NCBI RefSeq assembly: GCF_009914755.1
Contig: NC_060931.1
Source of the DNA: the human T2T-CHM13v2.0 reference genome, Homo sapiens
Length of the DNA: 64,000 nt
Strand: one strand, 5' to 3'
Positions 54,551 through 64,000 of this stretch are shown here, piece by piece (the first letter of the stretch is position 1; each line of letters starts with the position of its first letter). A program made the translations under genes and the position numbers. A model generated the notes under the pieces. That model had not been told where the DNA came from, did no database searches, and worked only from the letters and a program-made list of their open reading frames with translations.

Positions 54551-57500
54551 TATAGACTGAATTTGATGCCATTAGTAGGAGTCTGTCTTAAGCTAATGAT
54601 GATGCTTCCCTTGGCTGCCAGAAACCAAACTTTGATTTATAAACCTGTCTATTGTTATTTCTTTAGTCAGCTAAAGATGGCTACCAAGTAGTATGGACTG
54701 GGATAGGTCCACTTGTTATGAACCTTTTTATTCCTTCTTAATTAATTATTAAACATAAGTATAGCATTTTATTGTAATAGGGAAGCATTCACCTCTTCCC
54801 TCAGTTCTTGCAAGGAAGCAGAAATGATACATGTGGATGTCTCGTATCATGTAAACATACAGTAGCCTTTTCCAAAGTACACACACTTTGAAGTCATCAC
54901 TATTTACTTTTGAAAAATTCATATGGCATCTTTTTAAAGAAGTGGCTACATCATCAAATATTTTCCTAGTGTCATTTTTTTTAAGCCAAGTGATAGTTAT
55001 TGTGCATTCACCACAATTTAGAAAGATCCTGAGTCTAAAATTTAACTGATTGTATTTTAACCACCGATGCTATGCTCAAGAAGTGAGCAATTATTTGCCT
55101 TTCTACCTATCTGCAAGTTCCATCACGTCTTGATTTATTAAGTGGCCTGAGGGCACTTTCAATCTTCCTACCCATTGATCTCTAGCCCTTTCCATTCTTG
55201 CAAGGTAGGGGCCTTTCCATTCCTCTTATTTATTTTTACAGCTTTTAAACTCTGTCTTCTGCCCCAACTCCCAAACCCTATCACATCAGAAAAAAAAAAA
55301 AACAGATTACTTTGTGCATATCATGGAGCCCATAATATTCACAAAAGGACAGCAGACCCAGGTGTGCTAACTGGACAGGAGCAGGTCAAACTGATATCAG
55401 CATGAAAAATGGAAAAGTCATCTTCATTAGAAGCTCCATCAGAAATATGGGAGCATTTATGTGTTCAAAACTGCAAAGAGAGGCAGGCTGCGTTTTTCCC
55501 ATGGCCATATAATGACAAGATAAGTGAAAGTGAAGTTAGGCTGCAGAAGCCGTCTAGGTCTCTTGACATCACTCACAGCCTATACTTTTCATAATAGATG
55601 CCTGAAGCCTGTTTCTTTATCCATATATGGATCGATTGATTTGGTGGGTTTTTTTACATTTTTACAAATTCATCCTTGTAGCACAAGGATGGAGTTTCTA
55701 AGTAGGGAAAAGGTAGGGTGTGGGTGTATTTGAATAAATGAAAAAAATCGTAATAATCCAATATTACAAAGACATGTTTTGAGCAAAAACATTAGGAGGA
55801 AAAGCCACCAGTTCAGTAAGTCACCAAAAATACCTGCCATTTCTCAAAGCTTCCCCCTGTCGTTTGCCCTCAGTCACCATGTTCTGCTCTGTACTCTGGT
55901 GCTGGTTTCAGAGGAACTGATGGAAGAAGGTTTGGGAAGGCTAGGGTAGAAAAAGGGAAAAAACAAAAATAAAAAGTAGATTCCTAGAGTTCTCTCTCTT
56001 TACCGTACAGTTCATAAACGCAGGATCCCTTCATTTGATTTGACTCAGAAGCAAGTAGAACAGTCGTAGAGTGAATTTCTTCAAATACATAGCCTGCCGG
56101 AATTTTCATTTCACTGCAGCTTGTCACAAGCCTGAACTTCATCCTTACAACACAAAACCCATCCTTGGGATGAAAAGACACAGAATACCATATTGCCATC
56201 CTTTTAATAGAAGTGCCAGCAAGCCATATTGGGAGGCAGCCATGTGTCTCTAGAACATCACCAGGAGGAAGGTGAACAGATTTTTGCCAGATACCACCAA
56301 AGTATTTTCTAACCTAGTCACATTTCCTTACTTATAGCACAGTGATTCTCAAAATTTCATGTGCCTATGAATCACCTCAGGATCTTGTTAAAATGCAGTT
56401 TCTGATTCAGTAGATTCTGCATATCTAATAAGCTCCCAGCGATGCCAGTGTGTCACCTGAGCAGCAGGGACATAGAGGACTCTGTTTCGTGTCTAAAAAC
56501 ACTACCTGGCATGAGAGGGTTAACATCCAGGACCCGAGACAAAGATATTTGCTGGAGTGGGAGGGGAAGATGGCAGATGTAGGTAGGAAGGAAGTAAAAG
56601 AAGGACTCAACTACAAGTGACAAGAAAAAGGAAAGTTGAACTCAGCATCTGGACAATAATGTGACAAATAACAGGTGATAGTTCAGGCAAGCAATAGCAA
56701 TCTAGAATGTCATGACCAATGAAAGGGTGGTGTGTGCAATGGAGAATCTCAAAAATTAGATAGCTGTGCAGGCAGGCAGATGAGAAATCTCTACTAAGTA
56801 GCAAATATCTGGCCATAGAACTAAATACGGAAGAGGAGACCAAGGGCAGGAGGGGTAAGGCAACGTGGATCCTGGCAAGGACAAGATGGTGGGGAACTGA
56901 GACACAGTTGAAACCAAGGGCCACAAGGCAAGGATTCATTCACCAAAAGTGAAGCTTCAGAATGTGATTGAGCCCAGAGCTGTGAAGACTCAGCCCTAAA
57001 GAAGCTAATATTCAATATGCCTGATCTGTGTGCCAGGCACTGTTAGTTACAAAGGCCTTTGTAGTCATTATTTCACTTAATCCCCACAAATTTGTATGGC
57101 AGGCATTTTGATTCCATTTTAAAGATGAAGAATCTAAGGTTTAAGAAGATTTCACATCTTGCATAAAGGCCGTCGCTAATAAATGGCTAAGCAAATGACT
57201 CAAATTCTATGCTCTTTCCAAGACCCCACGCAAGCCTGGCAGCAAGCACATGGACAGAGGAGTCTGCATGCTAACCCAAGGCTCTGCAGTCTGCCCCAGA
57301 ACCAAGGAAGGATGTGACCCTTCGTGGTGGCAAAAGTCTGAATTAAAGATGCAAGGACAAAAAGGACAGGGCACCAGACATTGTGTGACAGAGTAATGAC
57401 TTGTTGTTTACTGAGGCTACAATTCAGAACTGTGATGATGCCAAAAATAGTCTAACCTCTTTGATAACTATTCTATAATCATCTCATTTCACAGCGAAGT

Positions 57501-58516
57501 ACCCATGTCTTAAGCTCTGGGGCTTGTCAACAAGTAATTGGCACAAAAATCGTGGAAAGAGGGCAGGAGAGACACTGTAAAGGTCACAATGTCCCAACCT
57601 TCGCCAGACCTTGTCTTTATTTCTTTGTGTTGGTCTCTGAGGTGGGAATCCCCAGATATCTCGTTCCAAGAAAACTAGTGGCTCCCTTGCAGCTTATTCA
57701 AGAGCCTGTCATTCACATTAATGTGTTAAGTACTGCACTGTTACAATGAACAGGACTTGATTTCAGAAGAAAGAAGGCAAGGTAGATATGCAGATTAACT
57801 CACTGAACTATATTGTTTTCCTATACATGGCTTACTGCATGCCGTCTGCTGCAAGTAGAGACCGCGTTACTCAGACTCCCTGCAGTGCAGCCTCTGCACA
57901 CCACTTAGCCTCCACAAGAGGCAGAGGCCATGCCCCACAGTTGGTGAGAGTATGGGAGGGTGGAAGGAGGACAGCAGCAAATAGCTCAGTGGCTACTTCT
58001 CAGCTTCACAGGTATCAAGAATCTTCCTGGTGTGGATCTTGACAAAAGCAGTGTGATTCTGTGGGAGCAGGTTCTTGCTTCCCCAGCTTCCTGGAAAGGG
58101 CAGTAACTTCCTCATTGGACCACTTCTGTAGGGTTGTTTGGTTGTTTGGGAAGTTACCCTGAAAGCTTGGCCTAGAGCCTGCTCTTCTCCCTTCCAACAA
58201 TTTTATGAGTACCTAATTCCTGCATTACATCCCTTTCTGCTTAAACTAGCTAAAGTAGATTCTGTTAACTAATCCAGAAGGAAATTTCCAATAAGGATAC
58301 ATGGAAATATCACCTAGAAATGGAAGAGTAAAGACATCTGGGAATGCTGTTTGGCTCTTAATCTGTGTGTATATGTGTGTCTCTAGCTCTCTTCAACCTA
58401 CTTCATTCTTTCTTCTCAGAAGCAGTACCCACTTTCTCTACCAATCAGCCTTTTATACAATGCATTTTTAATTTTCCTCTCTCTGGCACACACTTGCCCA
58501 GAAATGATGGACAGTC

Positions 58517-58897
<381 letters not shown>

Positions 58898-61800
58898 TAG
58901 GTGTCTATTGTGGTTCAATCAGCTATTATTTCAGTTACAAAAACCCTATGATTTTTTTAGTAACTTAATAATCCATATCTACACTTATGGAAACTGCGCC
59001 TTATACAGTTTACATGACTTACCCCAAATCAGACAACTGTTAAGCAGACAATGCAATATTTACATGCCTATCTACTGACCTCAAATTCAATGCTCATTTC
59101 GCTAGGCCATGACTGTGTTGTTAGTATTTATAACTATATATTGAAGTGCTTTACAATTTACAATATGTTTTTATATCTTCTATCTCATTTGACCCTTGCA
59201 GTAGTCCTACGATTATTTCTGTCCCACTTTATTGGCAAGAAAATTGATGTTCACAGACATTAGATGACTTGTTCAAGGTCTTACATTTCATTAGCGCTCA
59301 TGCCAAAGTTTCAATTTCCATCTTCTAATTCTAAGAGGATTTTATGTTGGAGTGAGGGTTGGGGAAGCCAAAATGTAAATGGAGCTAAATCTCTTAGGAC
59401 ATCAGATCTGATACATCAAAGCCATTTCTTATCTTGTGTTCTAAAAGAAGCAAACAAAAGATGACACTTTGTTGTTTGATGAAGTAATTGGGAAAAATTT
59501 TGTTGGACTCTTCCATTCTGATAAACCTAAATAAAAATGGCAATTTGAGGGAAGAAAGACTCCTGTCTAGCTACAAGGAAAATGCTCCTCTACTCCCTTT
59601 TCAGCACAAAAGAAAAAGTTATGACTCTAGCACGCTCCTAAGGAGCTGATAAAACACATCTGAAGTAAGAATAGATAACTTTCTTCAAGTTTAAAGATCA
59701 GTGTGGACTGCAGAATACATCTGGGCTCAGTATTTGGCCAAAGACCTTGCAATACTGTCTTGCTAATCTATAAAGAGATACCTAAATAACCTTCCAGTTT
59801 TAACATTCATTGGAAATTATTTCTATTGGGGAGGGACAGTATTAGCATAAGGGATTCATCCTTGCTTCTTGTCATCACTTTTAGAAGTCATTGTGCTTTC
59901 CTTTCAACCTACCTTTTGCAAAGAAAGCCATTTCCCAAGAGAAATTACAAAGGCATTTTCTGCACCATCTTTAACTAATAGTTATTGAGCTTATACATGT
60001 ACAAAGTGCAATACTGAAAGGGCAAAGGACCAAATTCTAACTTTCTGCAAGATACTCCGTTGTTTCTCCCATGATGACCTTGTAGCAGCAGAGCAGAGCC
60101 CCATGATAGAGGCTAAATTATTGTAATTCTCTCCCAACAGGTCTTTCAGTGGGCATTTCCGCTCCCCACAGTTTATATGCAATGCAGATGTCTGATTACT
60201 GTAGCACAGTGATGGAAGTCCAGGCTCCACACACTTGTGCAGAAGTGTTCAGGACAAGTTCTGGCAATCCTTCATGGTCAACATCAAATGCATCCAACCT
60301 CCACACTCCTGACCACTACTATGGAATAGTTTTGAAACTTCACCATGTTCTTCCCTGTTTTGTAGTCAGCTCTCATAATTTGCTAAACCCTGCTGTATGG
60401 CTTGTTTCAATATCTTTTCTGCTATACCATCATTTGTTCCTGAGTTGGCACAGAAATCCATATGATGATACGGAATGATCCTAATGCTAAAGTAGTTTCT
60501 GTGGATGGTAATGTCGAGCTTTGTTGGTATCTTGGCTTTCTAGAGAACAAAAGAAACTTTGTTGATATGGGAGATTATCTAGAGAGCAATGAGTGGAATG
60601 ATCAAAAACTAAATCGTATTGACTTGAGAGTCTGAATGCCATGGGAGCAAGGCTTTGGTAGAGGCCAATATAAGGAGCACTATCTTTGACAAGGCTCTTA
60701 CATCCTCTTAGAAAGTCCAGCCACTAGGGACATGAACCAATAGCAAAGAGGATCTTTCACTTGGATTGTTTCTCATCTATGCTGATTTTCTCCACCTTGT
60801 ACATTTTCTAATGATCTTAACTTTAAAACTAAAATACTTAATGGGCTAAATTTCACCTGGAAAACTATAATTGGCCCTCTCATTAGGATTCCATTTTACT
60901 GCCAAGCCCATGAAATTACTGGGGAAAAGGGAATGGAGATTTTCGTCTTCCTCCCCAACCATGAGGAAGCCCCTGAAAAAGAACCTCTTGGGTTCCTTGG
61001 CACACAGTTTGAAAACCATACTTCTAATCTTGTGCAAGAAACTTCTGATTCTGGGACCCTCAGATGAGTGGCAGAAGGTTGACATCAAAGGATGAGAAAG
61101 AGAGCAAACATTCCTTTCTGCTTGCATTCTCTCCACCACTTCCCACTCCCATTATTTTTCTCGTAATTTCCTATTCTCTTAAGTTTTTCTGCTCTATTAT
61201 TTTGCCAAACTGTGGCAAAGTTCAAATTTGATGGACACCAAACCCAAAACAGCTTAGCCTTGGTTTGCACACCAAATTCATGCATTTTATTTCCATTATT
61301 ATTTGCATTTAGCAGAGTTTATAATCATGAGAAACATTGTAATTTGCTTGTCTTTATCATAAGGAACTTCGATTTTCTTTTTAAAAAGCTGAAAGAATCA
61401 CTGAATAGCTTCAAATTTTGAGTAAAGTTATCACAAACATAATAAAAGTTAAAGTTCTGATTAAATGCGATAAGGTAGGACTTCCTGAAGAGTGACATTT
61501 CTCAAAGTAACCATTATTTACAGACTCTGTAGTCTGCTAGGTTAGTGCCCTTGGTGAGAAGACTAGCAGTGGTCATATAGAAACTGTCACGATCAGAGCA
61601 GCTCCGGGTAAGATGGAGCTGAGAGAGGCCATTTGGCCCTGCAATCAGGGAATGAGCTCCGAAAGACACTGTGAATGCTAGAGGATCTGCAAACCCAGAG
61701 GTGCCTCTGGCAGATTGCTTCTGTCTTGGAGAGGACCTAGAGAGAATATCTGAAAATTCAGGGAACAGCCAGAGGAATCACCCCACCTCCGATATCATGT

Positions 61801-63813
61801 GATCCACAGAAGGCAATCTGCATCTCTCTGACTGGTATTTATATAGTTTCTGGGTAAAGTTTACATTTTTCATTCCTCCAAAATGAAATTTAGGTACCCT
61901 GTGTACACTTTTCTTCTTTTATAAAAGTATTCTTAGCTTCCTTTCTTATACTGCTTTGTATCTCGAAGTACTTTCCTTGAGCCTCTCAAAGTACAAACAA
62001 TAATTAAACCCAATCTTGCAACTTCCTCAAGAGGTAGGGAGAAATTTTATTGAAAAAGACGTGGAAGTTAGATAGATTAATCAAAGTATAGTACCAAATC
62101 CACGGGTTGGCTTGAGAACAAAAGCCCAGAGTTCAGTGGCTTCCAACTCCCTTTCTCAACAGTCACCCATCAGACTTGGTTTCTTTTTCTTTTTCCCATT
62201 CCTAAGGTAATTTTTATTTACATTATCTTCATGTGACTTGGCCTTTAAGGAAATTGTAGAACAAAGGAAATAAATGAACCTTGTGATTTCATCTTTGCCT
62301 AAAAGCAAATATTTCCAGACTGTTTTCTATCCTCTCATCCTCATCACATGGTATCCCATTTGCTAATCCCTAAGTCTCTGAGATAATGACTCTTTCAGCA
62401 AAGAAAAAGAAGCTACTGACTTCTTCCCCATCAGCCTTCATGGAAAATACTCATGAAAGACTGAAGCAGATACCCAAACACCCTTGTGATTATTCTCGTG
62501 AAAAAAAAAAAAAAAAGCAAGAACATTGCCTCTGCTTTCCTTTGACTTACTGGAAATATCTCAGATTTATAGTTTTTATCTTCATGTTCTATGTTGTTTG
62601 TAAGTACAGTGACCTGGTCAGTGGGCTGAGGGAGTCTGAGAAGTTGCTGGGAACACTTTTTCTTGCCTCAGTAAGAAAAAGTTGACACCAGAGGGCAACG
62701 TATCATTGGCCTTTTGTGAACCGACATCACACTCCCATCTCCAGGGAGTGCAATCACCCTTGGCATGGCCATTTTTATTAATGGAATCAGCAGAGTTGGG
62801 CTTGAGCCTGCCCTGTCACCCACACACCTAGGGGTGCTGTGTGACTAAGTGGTATCAGATGACAATGCAGGGAATTTCTAAGGACCCTTAGTGTCCCTTT
62901 GTCATCTACAGATGCTCCTCTTCCTAGCAGCAGAATCCCTGCTAGATAGCCAGCTGGTTGTATTATTTCTGTGACTGGCAGTTTTCAGACAATGAGAAAT
63001 CGATCCAGCAAGCAAAGCCCTCGGCACAAAGGATTAGGTTGACTTTTATTTCCAGGAACAGAATACCACTCCCAGCATCCTCCTTTTAGATGACAACTTT
63101 GTTGCCACCTTCCATCGGAATGAAACAGCCCTCTCTCCAGATGGTCTATTCTGTTGCACTCTTTAGTAGACAGAAATCCTTCATACAAATGTTAATCAGA
63201 ATATTCAGATACTTTCATATCCACATGCAAACACAGCCATTGGATAGTATGAGTGAAATAAAATGGGATGCCTGAACAAAACTTCTCTGAACACCAGCTT
63301 AGTCTTCCTGCAAGATTCCATCAGCTGTTGACTGCAGTTGCTATTCAGTAGTTAATCCAGAAACCAGATTTCCCTCTGTCATTGGGGAAAGAAATAGAGA
63401 TGTAGCTATCATTTCAAACATCTCAGGAGTTTCTCATTAAATACTTACTTTTTCCATCTAACCAGTGAATACAACAGAGAACCAGCAGCCTTCTGGCTTC
63501 ATGTTATCTATAGAAGCACAGTTGAGCTGTGTTCAATTGCACTCTTCAAGTTTGAGCAGAGAGGCCTATGAGCAGCTGTTCTTACTGTCATTAAGAAGGG
63601 ACCAGGAAGAGCAAGTTTTGAAGACAAAAAGACATATTTCAGCAAAACATTAATGTCCATTTCTTTTTTGCCTTTCAAAGTACAAGGCATTCTCCTTAAA
63701 CAGCCTAAAGCCCAAATTCTCAAGTGTAGGATTGTTAAAGAAAGTATACAACTATTAAGTTGAACCAGAGAAAATTGCCAACACTAAAACTTTTTGACCT
63801 ATAAAAATAGCAA

Positions 63814-64000
63814 TTTCTTTTTTTATTATTATTATACTTTAAGTTCTGGGGTACATGTGCAGAACATGCAGGTTTGTTACATAGGTATACACGTGCCATG
63901 GTGGTTTGCTGCACCCATCAACCCGTCATCTACATTAGGTATTTCTGCTAATGCTGTCCCTCTTTTAGCCCCCCCAACCCCCGACAGGCCCCGGTGTGTG
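63814..64000 (-). mobile_element. L1PA 3' end (runs off the window)
   Basis: ttattatactttaagttctggggtacatgtgcagaacatgcaggtttgttacatagg. Confidence 0.9.

Noticed and set aside
62682-62700. CTCF-like motif (GACACCAGAGGGCAAC); a similar one lies near 49282
   Set aside because: These are partial matches only and expected by chance in 64 kb. They cannot be supported without ChIP data.

Overview
This is primate, almost certainly human, genomic DNA. It is an AT-rich, repeat-dense intronic stretch of LHFPL3 containing one 237-bp coding exon (31044-31280, + strand). Most other long ORFs are retroelement remnants: a full-length L1PA4-like element, several truncated L1s, many Alu/MIR/MaLR/MER copies and an old-type SVA. 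The standout is a HERV-K(HML-2) insertion at 42272-47173. It has one complete LTR5_Hs-like LTR on the + strand, followed by an 18-nt perfect tRNA-Lys PBS. That PBS is fused through a 7-nt microhomology to an INVERTED leader-gag-pro-5'pol segment, which ends exactly at a second, genomic-type PBS. The target site is not deleted and the target-site duplication is non-canonical. The structure reads as a fossil of aberrant plus-strand strong-stop transfer during reverse transcription followed by one-ended integration. I recall an HML-2 element being catalogued at 7q22.2 in LHFPL3, so the locus is probably known; the mechanistic reading is my inference. Other points of note are an SVA 3' transduction, a twin-primed L1, and an L1 antisense promoter pointing at the LHFPL3 exon. 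Repeat subfamily calls come from remembered consensus features, not from alignments.
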